In this document: one piece after another, positions 1 through 10,731 of the stretch
How the letters are laid out: each line of letters opens with the position of its first letter
Position numbering within the stretch: position 1 is the first letter of the stretch
Assembly (NCBI GenBank): GCA_014799465.1
Contig: JAAVHZ010000055.1
Location: 12,109-76,108 of the forward strand
From: Lachnospiraceae bacterium
GTDB lineage: Bacteria; Bacillota; Clostridia; Lachnospirales; Lachnospiraceae
Direction of reading: 5' to 3'
Length of the DNA stretch: 64,000 nt
Notes under the pieces: model-generated
Databases searched by the model: none
What the model saw: the letters and a program-made list of their open reading frames with translations, nothing else
Told to the model about the DNA's origin: nothing
Made by a program: the position numbers and the translations under genes

Positions 1-2
1 CA

Positions 3-269
3 TTGGAAGATGGAGAACCATATGATTTGGTATGTCTTGATATTATGATGCCGGTCATGGATGGGTATCAGTCACTTGTAGGTATCCGTAATCTGGAAAA
101 AGAAAGAAATATTCCAGAGGATAAGGCAGTAAAGGTTATTATGACTACAGCCTTGAATGATGAGAGTAATGTCAAGATGGCATTTGAGCTGGGATGCACC
201 ATATACTCCGGCAAACCTATAGATCAGGAACGGTTTGAGCAGGCACTCAAAAAACTGAAACTGATTTAA
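3..269 (+). CDS. CheY-like response regulator receiver domain, C-terminal part (5' end outside window)
   Basis: ORF is open to the window edge. Receiver motifs DLVCLDIMMPVMDG (phospho-acceptor Asp), VIMTTA, GKP. Lies directly upstream of cheA. Confidence 0.75.
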   Translation: MEDGEPYDLVCLDIMMPVMDGYQSLVGIRNLEKERNIPEDKAVKVIMTTALNDESNVKMAFELGCTIYSGKPIDQERFEQALKKLKLI

Positions 270-308
270 CTAAAGAATATATTAGAATATGCAGGAAAGG
301 AGAATGAT

Positions 309-2477
309 ATGGCTGAGGAATTTAATACAGACGGCATGCTAGATATGTATCTGTTTGAGAATGGACAGTTGCTTGAGCAGCTTCAGGATACGGTTCTGGA
401 ACAGAAAGATGCAGAATGCTTTGATGAAGACAGCATAAATGAAATATTTAGAACCATGCATACCATAAAAGGGTCATCAGGAATCATGATGTTCGACAAT
501 ATAACGGCTGTATCGCATAAGCTTGAGGATGTCTTTTACTTTCTGAGAGAATCAAAACCTGATAATGTGCCGCATCTGGAATTAGTGGAACATGTATTGG
601 AAGTAGAGGATTTCATCTCAAATGAGATGGATAAGATTCGTAATGGTGAAGCTGTAGATGGTGATGCCAGTGATATTATAGCGGATCTTGATAAGTTTCT
701 TGAAAAAATTAAGAATGGAGGGGAAGAAGAGGGAGCAGAACCGGTGCCTGAGAATGTGCATGAAGAGCCAAAACAGTTTTATATAGCACCTGTTGCTACA
801 AGTGCCAGCCGTTTTTATAAGATTTATCTTACATTTTTTCCAGAAACAGAAATGGCAAATGTTCATGCCTATAAAACTGTATATGCATTGAAAGAATTGG
901 CAGAAGATTTATTATATTCACCGGAGGATATTATTTCGGATGAATCAAGTGCACAGACTATTGTAGAGGATGGATTTAGAATTCTTTTACAGGCTCAGTG
1001 TACCGAGGAAGAAATACGTAATGTGATTGGTGTCGGATACGACATTAAAAAGGTGGATGTCTTTGAATGTAAAGCTGAAGAATTTCTTCAGGGATTTGAT
1101 TTCGGAGATGGTGATGAATTAAAGATTGATTTGGAATCAAGTGTGGAAGAGATAGAGTCACGAAAGCAGGATGAAGATGCTAAAGATGACAAAGAGGCCA
1201 AAGAGGAAAAGAAAACTGAAAAACCTAAGATTGCACCAGGTGATTATGTAATAAAATCTAAAGAACCGGGTAAGCAAAAGAAACTGGCAAGAGATAAACC
1301 AAAAGGTGAAAAAGCTTCGTTTATAAGTGTAAATGTCAGTAAGATGGATCAGTTAATGGAACTGATTGGTGAGTTAGTTATTTCTGAGTCAGTAGTTCTG
1401 CAGAATCCGGATTTAAAGGTACCGGGGTTAAACCTTAACAGTTTTAATAAGGCAGCAGCCCAGCTTTCCAAAATATCCACAGACTTACAGAATGTTATTA
1501 TGTCTATGAGAATGGTTCCTCTGACAAATACATTCCAGAAGATGAACAGAATTGTCTTTGATGTATCCAGAAAATTGGGAAAAGACATTGAGTTTGTGAT
1601 GATTGGTGAAAATACTGAAGTAGATAAAAACATCATTGAACATATTTCAGATCCTTTAATGCATCTTGTAAGAAATGCAGTGGATCACGGAATTGAAACT
1701 AATGAAGAACGTATTGACAGCGGTAAACCTGATAAAGGTAAAGTTACTTTATCGGCAAGAACTGAAGCAGGAAAAGTATGGATTTCTGTAGAGGATAACG
1801 GAAAAGGTCTTGACAGGGAAAAGATTCTTGCGAAAGCAAAGAAGCAGGGGATTCTTGATGAAAATAAGCCGGAATCTTCTTATACAGACAAAGAAGTATA
1901 TCAGTTTATTACGCTGCCGGGATTTTCTACTAATGAACAGATTACTGAATACTCAGGGCGAGGCGTAGGAATGGACGTTGTAGTACAGAATATTCAGGCA
2001 ATCGGTGGTGTACTGGATATTGACAGTATTCCGGGATTTGGAAGCATTATGAGCCTTAAAATTCCGCTGACACTTGCTATTATAGATGGAATTGTTATGG
2101 AAACAGGAGGTTCTTCTTTTGTACTGGAAACAGGCATAATAAAGGAATTTGTCCGTGTCAAGGAAGAAATGATGATTCATGAACCAAACGGCGATGAATA
2201 TATTATGATACGTGGAGAATGTTTTCCGGTACTTAGACTGGGCAAGTGGTATGGTATGAACCAGTATCAGGAATCAGTAGAGAATGGCGTAATGCTTATT
2301 CTTGAATTAGAAGATAAAAAAATCTGCCTTTTTGTTGATAAGCTTATTGGAGAGCAGGAAATTGTAGTAAAACCGATTCCTTCTTATATAAAGAAGGTTA
2401 AAGGGTTATCCGGCTGTACACAGCTTGGTGATGGAAGCATTGCATTAATATTGGATGCCGCCGGATTGATAGAATAA
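309..2477 (+). CDS. cheA: Chemotaxis histidine kinase CheA
   Basis: HPt motif MHTIKGSSG; kinase blocks HLVRNAVDHGIE, DNGKGLD, GRGVGMDVV; C-terminal CheW-like domain; SD GGAAAGGAG upstream. Confidence 0.92.
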   Translation: MAEEFNTDGMLDMYLFENGQLLEQLQDTVLEQKDAECFDEDSINEIFRTMHTIKGSSGIMMFDNITAVSHKLEDVFYFLRESKPDNVPHLELVEHVLEVEDFISNEMDKIRNGEAVDGDASDIIADLDKFLEKIKNGGEEEGAEPVPENVHEEPKQFYIAPVATSASRFYKIYLTFFPETEMANVHAYKTVYALKELAEDLLYSPEDIISDESSAQTIVEDGFRILLQAQCTEEEIRNVIGVGYDIKKVDVFECKAEEFLQGFDFGDGDELKIDLESSVEEIESRKQDEDAKDDKEAKEEKKTEKPKIAPGDYVIKSKEPGKQKKLARDKPKGEKASFISVNVSKMDQLMELIGELVISESVVLQNPDLKVPGLNLNSFNKAAAQLSKISTDLQNVIMSMRMVPLTNTFQKMNRIVFDVSRKLGKDIEFVMIGENTEVDKNIIEHISDPLMHLVRNAVDHGIETNEERIDSGKPDKGKVTLSARTEAGKVWISVEDNGKGLDREKILAKAKKQGILDENKPESSYTDKEVYQFITLPGFSTNEQITEYSGRGVGMDVVVQNIQAIGGVLDIDSIPGFGSIMSLKIPLTLAIIDGIVMETGGSSFVLETGIIKEFVRVKEEMMIHEPNGDEYIMIRGECFPVLRLGKWYGMNQYQESVENGVMLILELEDKKICLFVDKLIGEQEIVVKPIPSYIKKVKGLSGCTQLGDGSIALILDAAGLIE

Positions 2478-2503
2478 TATTATAGAAAGGAACGGTATAT
2501 CAT

Positions 2504-3058
2504 ATGGATGAAACAAGCGAATTGAAGAAACAGACAGAAGAAAGTCAGGTTACTTCAAATGAGCGTGATGCACAAAAGGGCAAGTACATGACTTTTAAGT
2601 CAGGGAATGAGTACTTTGGTCTGAAAATTCAGTATGTAAGTGAGATTATTCAGTTTCAGACAATAACGGCTATTCCTGAAACAGAAGATTATATTAAAGG
2701 ACTTATAAACCTTAGAGGAAAAGTCATTCCGGTTATTGATGTACGTCTGCGTTTTAAACAGGACCCATTTGAATATAATGACAGAACCTGCATTATTGTG
2801 ATTAATATGAATTCTATGTTAGTAGGACTTATTGTAGAGAAGATTGCAGAAGTTGTGGAGATTAAAGAAGAAAATATACTGCCACCTCCTACTATTGGTC
2901 GTACAGAAAAGGCACACAGTAAATATGTGTATGGTATTGGTAAAGTAGGAGATTCTGTTAAACTGCTCCTTGACCCTGATAAGTTATTAAATGATGAGGA
3001 TTTATCAGTAGTTGAGCAGGCAAATGAAATGATTATAGAAGAAGAAAGAGAGGTATAA
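2504..3058 (+). CDS. cheW: Chemotaxis coupling protein CheW
   Basis: 184-aa single CheW domain ([33 protein letters not shown]), located between cheA and an MCP gene. Confidence 0.9.
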   Translation: MDETSELKKQTEESQVTSNERDAQKGKYMTFKSGNEYFGLKIQYVSEIIQFQTITAIPETEDYIKGLINLRGKVIPVIDVRLRFKQDPFEYNDRTCIIVINMNSMLVGLIVEKIAEVVEIKEENILPPPTIGRTEKAHSKYVYGIGKVGDSVKLLLDPDKLLNDEDLSVVEQANEMIIEEEREV

Positions 3059-3060
3059 AA

Positions 3061-4395
3061 ATGAAAGACATGAAGATGAAAACAAAAACAATTATAGGTT
3101 TTGCGATTCCTGCCATATTGGTTATAGTTAATGTATTAATTGGTGATTTGGTAGCAGAGGCTATTAGTAAGTCAAATATTGATTCTTTATCAAAAAGTTC
3201 AACAATTTTTACCAGTATTATAGCAATTATTTCAGTAATAATTATATTTATGATTGGTAGATCTATAATAAGGGAAATTGAAAAAAACGTAAGCCAGTTA
3301 TATGAAGCAGCAAAGGATATTGCCATCGGCCGCGTTGATATTGATTTGACCAAATATCATAATGATGAATTTGGTGCTTTGGTAGATGAGTATAATAAAG
3401 TAATTGACAATATGAAATATCAGTCTGAGGTTGCACAGGAAGTATCAAACGGAAATCTGACTATTACAGTTAATCCTAAATCGGCTGATGACCTTCTGGG
3501 TAATTCATTAAAGAAACTTGTAGAAGATAACCTTCATACACTGTCTAATATCAGTGATGCAGGTTCACAGGTAACAGTAAGTTCATCACAGGTAGCAAGT
3601 GCAAGTCAGGCATTGGCTCAGGGTTCTACAGAGCAGGCAAGTGCGATTCAAGAGATTACAGCATCTATTGATGAGATAGCAGAGAAGACAAAACAGAATG
3701 CAGAGCAGGCAAATGCGGCAGCAAGTCTGGTTGTAAGAGCTATCGACGATGTAAAGAAAGGAAACAGACAGATGGAAGATATGATGTCTGCTATGCAGAA
3801 TATCAATAAGTCATCTGAAAGTATTTCTAAAATTATTAAAGTTATTGATGATATTGCTTTCCAGACAAATATCCTTGCACTTAATGCAGCAGTTGAGGCT
3901 GCAAGAGCAGGTGAAGCAGGTAAAGGATTTGCAGTAGTAGCAGAAGAAGTCAGAAGTCTTGCAGCAAAGAGTGCAGCAGCAGCAGCAGAGACTGCAGAGC
4001 TGATTGAAGATTCTATTGAGAAGGTTGATTCTGGTTCTAAGATTGCTGATGATACTGCAAGAGCACTTGAGGCTATTACAAATGCAGTACAGGAGAGTGA
4101 AGTGATTATTAATGGTATCGCAGAATCTTCTAATTATCAGGCAACAGCAGTAGCACAGATTGAACAGGCAATAACACAGGTTTCACAGGTAGTACAGACC
4201 AATTCTGCTACAAGTGAGGAATGTGCAGCAGCCAGTGAAGAACTCTCTAATCAGGCTTCAAGAATGAGAGATATGCTTTCAATCTATAATTTAGGAGTAG
4301 GACGCCATTCATCATTCGGAGGTTCATCTTCAAGTTCAGTTTCAAATGCAAATGAGCAGGTTATTTCACTTGGAGACGGTTTCGGAAAATATTAA
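3061..4395 (+). CDS. Methyl-accepting chemotaxis protein with minimal extracytoplasmic loop
   Basis: Two N-terminal TM helices about 20 aa apart, a HAMP region, and the conserved signalling hairpin [40 protein letters not shown]. Starts 2 nt after the cheW stop. Confidence 0.92.
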   Translation: MKDMKMKTKTIIGFAIPAILVIVNVLIGDLVAEAISKSNIDSLSKSSTIFTSIIAIISVIIIFMIGRSIIREIEKNVSQLYEAAKDIAIGRVDIDLTKYHNDEFGALVDEYNKVIDNMKYQSEVAQEVSNGNLTITVNPKSADDLLGNSLKKLVEDNLHTLSNISDAGSQVTVSSSQVASASQALAQGSTEQASAIQEITASIDEIAEKTKQNAEQANAAASLVVRAIDDVKKGNRQMEDMMSAMQNINKSSESISKIIKVIDDIAFQTNILALNAAVEAARAGEAGKGFAVVAEEVRSLAAKSAAAAAETAELIEDSIEKVDSGSKIADDTARALEAITNAVQESEVIINGIAESSNYQATAVAQIEQAITQVSQVVQTNSATSEECAAASEELSNQASRMRDMLSIYNLGVGRHSSFGGSSSSSVSNANEQVISLGDGFGKY

Positions 4396-4409
4396 TTAAG
4401 TATATTATT

Positions 4410-4446
4410 AAGGCATGGGAACAAGATGTTCCTGTGCCTTATTTTT
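4410..4446 (+). terminator. Rho-independent terminator after the MCP gene
   Basis: Stem AAGGCATGGGAAC / GTTCCTGTGCCTT (two G-U pairs), 5-nt loop, followed by ATTTTT. Confidence 0.7.
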
Positions 4447-4591
4447 GTCCGTATGTTTTTGCATTTATTTAACTATATTGCAGAATATTAGTGACAATAA
4501 CTTAACTCAGGGTAAACTAAATCATTGTATTTACGCATTTTACCGTTAAAAAATCTTCTGCATATATTTAACACAAGAGGGAATAGATTAT

Positions 4592-5923
4592 ATGCATCCT
4601 GTTTTCAGAAATGCTGATGGTACTACACGGATATTAAAAATATGGGATCAAAGTATAAATGGTAATCCACCGGATGGATATAGGATAGGAAGCGTATATG
4701 ATTCAGACACTATAAATCAGGCAATTTTAGCAAATGAATCTGAACGATATAACATTGTACCGTCAAGAGATTTTAGCGGTCATGGAACACATGTGGCAGG
4801 AATTATGGCAGGTAATTTTGCCGCAAACAGGAATAACAGTATAGGAATAGCCACAAAAAGTCCGCTTTTAGTAGTAAAGCTGGGGAAAGCAGAACAAGGA
4901 GGTTATCCTCTTACAAGTGAACTTATTCAGGCTGTTGATTTTGTAATAAGGCAGGCAGGACAGTATGGAATGCCTGTAGCAATAAATTTGAGTTATGGAA
5001 ATACTTATGGTTCACATGATGGTACTTCTTTGGTGGAAACATTTATTGATGCAGTTATACAGCAGTGGAAATCAGTAATATGTATAGGGACAGGAAATGA
5101 AGGAAATGCGGCGGGACACACGTCAGGTTATCTTACAATCGGAGATTCACAAAATGTACAATTAACAGTAGGAGGATACCAACAGGCATTCAGCATACAA
5201 ATCTGGAAACAATATCAGGATAAGTTTGACATTTATTTGCGTGGAGCAACCGGAAGTAATTATGTACTTATTAACAGCAGTTCCGGTACGGCAAGATATA
5301 ATATAGATAATAACACCGTTTTGGTATACTATGGTGAACCGTCACCATACAGTCCGTTTCAGGAGATTTATATAGACATACTTCCAAACGGTGATTATGT
5401 GACAGAAGGAATATGGCAGATAGAACTTGTTCCGATTAAAATAGTAAATGGCAGATATGATATGTGGCTGCCTGCATCTCAGGTACTTAGCAGTAATACA
5501 AGATTTGTGCGTCCTAACCCTGATACTACATTGACTATTCCGTCTGCCACGTTAGGTGCCATATCTGTAGGGGGATATGACAGCAGAAACATGTCATTTG
5601 CAGATTTTTCCGGCAGAGGGTACACAAGGCTGGTGGATATTGTAAAACCTGATATAGTTGCTCCGGCAGTAGATATCAATTCTTCAGAACCCGGTGGAGG
5701 TATGGGTACAAGGTCAGGAACATCCATGGCAACACCATTTGTAACGGGAAGTGCGGCACTGCTTATGGAATGGGGGATAGTCAGAGGTAATGATAGTTAT
5801 CTGTACGGAGAAAAAGTCAAGTCATATTTAATCAGTGGAGCGAAAGGATTGCCGGGAGAACCGATTCCGTCTGCACGACAGGGTTGGGGTGCTTTATGTG
5901 TGAGAGACAGTATTCCAATATAG
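4592..5923 (+). CDS. Csp-like S8 subtilase homologue, N-terminally truncated (no catalytic Asp, prodomain or signal peptide); possibly a pseudogene
   Basis: HGTHVAGI (His), GTGNEGN (oxyanion Asn) and GTSMATPFVTG (Ser) blocks are present. A long insert lies between the Asn and Ser blocks, as in clostridial Csp proteases. The ORF begins inside the ..DSGIDYxHP.. block. Weak SD AGAGGG lies 10 nt upstream. Confidence 0.7.
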   Translation: MHPVFRNADGTTRILKIWDQSINGNPPDGYRIGSVYDSDTINQAILANESERYNIVPSRDFSGHGTHVAGIMAGNFAANRNNSIGIATKSPLLVVKLGKAEQGGYPLTSELIQAVDFVIRQAGQYGMPVAINLSYGNTYGSHDGTSLVETFIDAVIQQWKSVICIGTGNEGNAAGHTSGYLTIGDSQNVQLTVGGYQQAFSIQIWKQYQDKFDIYLRGATGSNYVLINSSSGTARYNIDNNTVLVYYGEPSPYSPFQEIYIDILPNGDYVTEGIWQIELVPIKIVNGRYDMWLPASQVLSSNTRFVRPNPDTTLTIPSATLGAISVGGYDSRNMSFADFSGRGYTRLVDIVKPDIVAPAVDINSSEPGGGMGTRSGTSMATPFVTGSAALLMEWGIVRGNDSYLYGEKVKSYLISGAKGLPGEPIPSARQGWGALCVRDSIPI

Positions 5924-5956
5924 TATTTGCCTATTAAATAGTAAATGCTGCTAATA

Positions 5957-5985
5957 TTGACATAGACTGACACGTTTGTTAAAAT
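5957..5985 (+). promoter_or_regulatory. Sigma-A type promoter for the hybrid kinase gene
   Basis: TTGACA (5957-5962), 17-nt spacer, TAAAAT (5980-5985), about 40 nt upstream of ATG 6028. Confidence 0.5.
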
Positions 5986-6027
5986 AACATTATATGCAAA
6001 TTCGAAAAACATAGGGAGGAAGTCAGT

Positions 6028-9000
6028 ATGTATCATTGCCATATTAATTTTTATTTAACAGGTCATCAGTGCAGAGTATTTGACATAATAAAGGGAATGT
6101 CTCCACTTGAGCATTTTACACATGAATTCTTTGAAAGTGATAAACCGGATAAAACACTTACGGCTAAAGCAAATGTGATTCTGGCTGACTTGCATGATGT
6201 GGATGTAAAGGAAAATTTGCAGATTTTGATTTCAGGAAAAAATAAGGATACGGAACTTATTCTGCTTGCAGAAAAGAATCAGATAGAGCTTGTGGCAGAT
6301 GATTTGTCGGAAATTAATGATATATGGACTATGCCTGTATCAGATGAGGAAATAAAATTCCGTTTCCTAAGATGGCAGCAGACATATAAGATGAGCAAGG
6401 ATTATTGGCAAACCAGCCAGTATTTAGAGTCTACGATTAACAATAATCCTAATCTTATCTGGTATAAAGATAAAGATGGTATACATGAGAAGGTAAATGA
6501 CAGTTTCTGCAAAACGGTTAATAAAACAAAGAACCAGGTAGAAGGACGTGGTCATGCTTATATTTGGGATGTTGATCATGATGATCCGGCATGTATAGAG
6601 TCAGAACTTGAAGTTATGAACAAGAAAAAGACTTGTGTATCAGAGGAAACGATTAAAGCTGGAGATGGCATGAAACTTCTTACTACTTACAAATCCCCAT
6701 TATATGATTTGGACGGAAGCGTAATGGGAACTGTAGGTGTGGCTATTGATATTACGCAGGAGAGGGCTTATGAACAGGAAATAATCAAAAAGAATCATAC
6801 GCTGGAAACTATTTTTACAAATATGGATTGTGGTGTGATACGTCATACAGTAGATGGCTCACGCATTTACAGTATAAATAGTGCCGCATTAAAAATATTA
6901 GGATATGAGACACAGGAAGAATTGATGGCAACAGGATTTGATATGATTGCACAATCTGTTGTGGATGAAGATAAAGAAAAATTAAGACAATCTATTGAAA
7001 AGCTGAAAAAAGAGGGGGACAGTATCAGCGTAGAATACCGTGTGCAGCATGCAGATGGGGAAATACTTGATGTTATGGGAAATGTCAAACTCTTAAAAGA
7101 GAATGGAGAGTTGGTATATCAGCGTTTTCTCTTAGACTGTACAACTCAGAAGCAGCAGGAAAAAAAGGAACGGATGGAAAATGAAAAACGTCAGATGGAA
7201 CTTGTTCAGGCTCTGGGTATAGATTATAATCTTGTGTGTTTTCTTGACCTTGATACAGGTATAGGAAGTCCGATTAGGCTTGTTGACTGTGAAAATCATG
7301 TATTAGGTTCTATTTTTAACGTAAGCAGGTCATTAAAAGAAAGTATAGAGTGTTACATACAGACTTGTGTTTATGAAGAAGACAAGGAAATTATGAGGCA
7401 GGCAACTTCAGATGAATGGTTGAAAAAAGAATTGACTGAAAATAAAGTGTACCATATCAATTACAGAACACTTTGCTACAGTAAGATGAGATATTTTCAA
7501 ATGAAGGCTGTACGTGCAGGAGAATGGAAAAGCAGTCATGGTATAGTTTTGGGATTCCGTAGCGTGGATGAAGAAATTCGTGATGAAATGGAAAAGCAAA
7601 GCCAGTTGGAGGAAGCACTGTTACAGGCAAATAAGGCAAATAAGGCAAAGAGCGTATTTCTTTCAAATATGTCCCATGATATAAGAACTCCGATGAATGC
7701 CATTGTGGGATTTACTAATCTGGCAATTAATCATATTGACCACAAGGAACGGGTGGGAGAGTATCTTGAGAAAATAAAGACTTCAGGAAATCATTTGCTG
7801 AATCTTATAAATGATGTTCTGGATATGAGCCGTATTGAAAGTGGTAAGATACATTTAGATGAGAAACCATGCAGTCTGCAGGATATTGTACATGGATTAT
7901 GTAATATTGTACAGGCAGATGTAGATGCAAAGAAGCTTAAGCTGGACATAGATACTATTAATGTACCTGATAATGAAATTTATTGTGATAAGCTGCGGTT
8001 AAATCAGGTGCTTCTGAATCTGCTTAGTAATTCTGTTAAGTATACTGAAGAGGGAGGTACTGTCAGTATGTGGATAACAGAAAAATCAGGTGCACCGGAA
8101 GGTTATGTAAATTATGAATTCCATATTAAAGATACCGGTATTGGTATGAGTAAAGAATTTGTATCACATATTTTTGAACCTTTTGAAAGAGAAAGAAATT
8201 CTACGATAAGCAGGATTCAGGGAACGGGTCTTGGAATGTCAATTACAAAGAATATTGTAGATATGATGAATGGTACTGTTGAAGTGGAGAGTGAACAGGG
8301 GGTAGGTACTGAAATTACTGTTTTCTTTACATTCAGGCTGCATTCAGGAGAAAAGAAACATCAGACTATACCTGAACTTGAGAATTGCAGGGCATTAGTT
8401 GTAAATAGTGATATTAATATATGTGAAAGTATATCATATATGCTTCGCCAAATCGGAATGCGTGCAGAGTGGACAGTATCAGGTGAGGAGGCAGTACAGC
8501 ATACAAGGCAGGCAATTATATGTAATGATGAATATGGCGTATATATTATTGATTCACAGCTTACTGATATAAGCGGCATTGAAGTTACAAAAAGAATCAG
8601 GGAAGAGAAAGACGGGGATATGCCGGTTGTTGTATTGACTGCATGTGACAAGTCAGTTATTGAAAAAGAGGCAAAGGAAGCAGGTGTTACGGCATTCTGC
8701 GGTAAACCGTTGTTTTTGTCAGACATTAGAAACTGTTTATATTCAATTATAAATGAAAATGAGATAAAAGAAAAAGATATTTCAAATGAAACAGAAAAAA
8801 TTGATTCAGGGCGTATTTTACTGGCAGAGGATGTTGAATTGAATCAGGAAATTGCAGAAGCAATTTTGGGTGAAGCGGGATTTAAGACGGAAATTGCAGA
8901 GAACGGCAGGATTGCCGTAGAAATGATAAAAAATTCAGAGCCGGGATATTATCAACTTATACTTATGGATATCCAGATGCCGGAGATGAATGGTTATGAA

Positions 9001-9183
9001 GCCACTATGGAAATACGTAAATTGGAAGACGAGGAACTGGCATCCATACCTATTATTGCAATGTCGGCAAATGCATTTGAAGAAGACAGGCAGGAGGCAT
9101 TAAAATGTGGAATGAATGGTCATATTGCAAAGCCGATTGATGTTGAAAATCTGTTTGATACATTAAGCAAAGTACTGACCTGA
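6028..9183 (+). CDS. Cytoplasmic hybrid sensor histidine kinase (PAS repeats, HisKA, HATPase, two receiver domains)
   Basis: No TM segment. H-box [14 protein letters not shown]; ATPase blocks [21 protein letters not shown]; receivers ..[12 protein letters not shown].. and ..[12 protein letters not shown]..; SD GGGAGG. Confidence 0.9.
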   Translation: [1051 protein letters not shown]

Positions 9184-9188
9184 AAATA

Positions 9189-10568
9189 TTATTTAAGGAA
9201 AAAGTGAATAAGTCTGTTACTAAATGAATTATATGGCTGGTATCTCATTGGCAGATCCGGCCATAATTTTTTATCAACAATGCTTTTATAATGGGAGAAA
9301 GTGTTAAATCCGTCTCTTCCATGGTAGGCTCCCATTCCGCTTTCTCCGAATCCTCCAAATCCCATTTCGTTGGTAGCAAGATGTATAATGGTATCGTTGA
9401 TACATCCGCCTCCAAATCCACATAGAGTTATTACCTTTTTGGCAATACGTCTGCTGCCTGAAAAAATATAGAGAGCCAGTGGGTGAGGCAGGGAATTTAT
9501 TTTACATATTGCATCATTTATTGAATTATAAGTCAGAACCGGCAGTATTGGACCAAATATTTCTTCCTGCATTACAGCATCATTAAATGTAACATTATCC
9601 ATTATTGAAGGTTCGATTTTAAGTGAAGAATGGTTATATCTGCCGCCGTATATGATTTTTGATGTGTCGGCAAGCATAAGTAATCTGTTAAAATGTTTTT
9701 CATTTATGATTTTTCCATAATTACTGTTATTAAGCGGATCAGTTCCGAACTGCAATTTGATTTGCTTTTTTATTTCATTGATTAGTGCATCTTTTATTGA
9801 ACTGTCACAGTAAATATAGTCAGGTGCCACACATGTCTGGCCACAGTTGAGAAATTTTCCGAAGACAATACGTTTCGCAGCAATTTTTATATTTGCACTT
9901 TTTTCAACGATACATGGGCTTTTACCACCTAATTCAAGAGTAACAGGAGTAAGATTGTAAGAGGCATGTTTCATAACCTCTTTACCGACGGATTGACTTC
10001 CCGTAAAGAAAATATAGTCAAAGTGTTCATTCAACAGGCAGGCATTTTCCGAACGTCCGCCTGTAATAACAGACACATATTTTTTATCAAAGCATTTGTT
10101 TATAATTTCACATATAACCTCTGTTGTATAAGAAGAATATGCACTTGGTTTTAAAATAACTGTATTTCCAGCTGCAATGGCATCTGCCAGTGGAGTCATA
10201 GTAAGAAGAAAAGGATAATTCCATGGGCTCATAATAAGAACTACACCATATGGTGATGGTTTAATAAAGCTTTTTGAGCAAAATTGTGCAAGTGGTGTAT
10301 GAACCATTTTTTCATGGGAAAACCGCCGGATATTTTTTAGCATATAATTTATTTCACTTATGACAAGACCGGTTTCACACATAAAACTTTCAACACTGCT
10401 TTTGCCTAAATCTTTTTTAAGTGCCATATTAATTCTGTTTTCATAATGGGTAATGCAGGATTTTAATTTTTTAAGTGCAGCAATACGAGTGCTTATATTC
10501 AGAGTACTTCCTGAATAAAAGTAATTCCTCTGATCGTCTATTATAGCCTTTATTGTTGTTTTATCCAT
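9189..10568 (-). CDS. NAD(P)-dependent aldehyde dehydrogenase (class-3-like)
   Basis: Catalytic blocks ELGGKSP and NCGQTCVAPDY; 459 aa; EEIFGPILPV block. Confidence 0.9.
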   Translation of the reverse strand: MDKTTIKAIIDDQRNYFYSGSTLNISTRIAALKKLKSCITHYENRINMALKKDLGKSSVESFMCETGLVISEINYMLKNIRRFSHEKMVHTPLAQFCSKSFIKPSPYGVVLIMSPWNYPFLLTMTPLADAIAAGNTVILKPSAYSSYTTEVICEIINKCFDKKYVSVITGGRSENACLLNEHFDYIFFTGSQSVGKEVMKHASYNLTPVTLELGGKSPCIVEKSANIKIAAKRIVFGKFLNCGQTCVAPDYIYCDSSIKDALINEIKKQIKLQFGTDPLNNSNYGKIINEKHFNRLLMLADTSKIIYGGRYNHSSLKIEPSIMDNVTFNDAVMQEEIFGPILPVLTYNSINDAICKINSLPHPLALYIFSGSRRIAKKVITLCGFGGGCINDTIIHLATNEMGFGGFGESGMGAYHGRDGFNTFSHYKSIVDKKLWPDLPMRYQPYNSFSNRLIHFFLK

Positions 10569-10731
10569 TTATAATAAATCCTTTCTGAAAGCTTATATTT
10601 TAGTATTTCCAATATAAAAAGTTATAACAGCCGGAATAAGAATTGTCAAATTTTTTGTCTTTTCTTTCAACGAATCATGTTATATACTATTTAGTAAACC
10701 AGTAATTACTATATTGTGTATGTAAAGGAGA

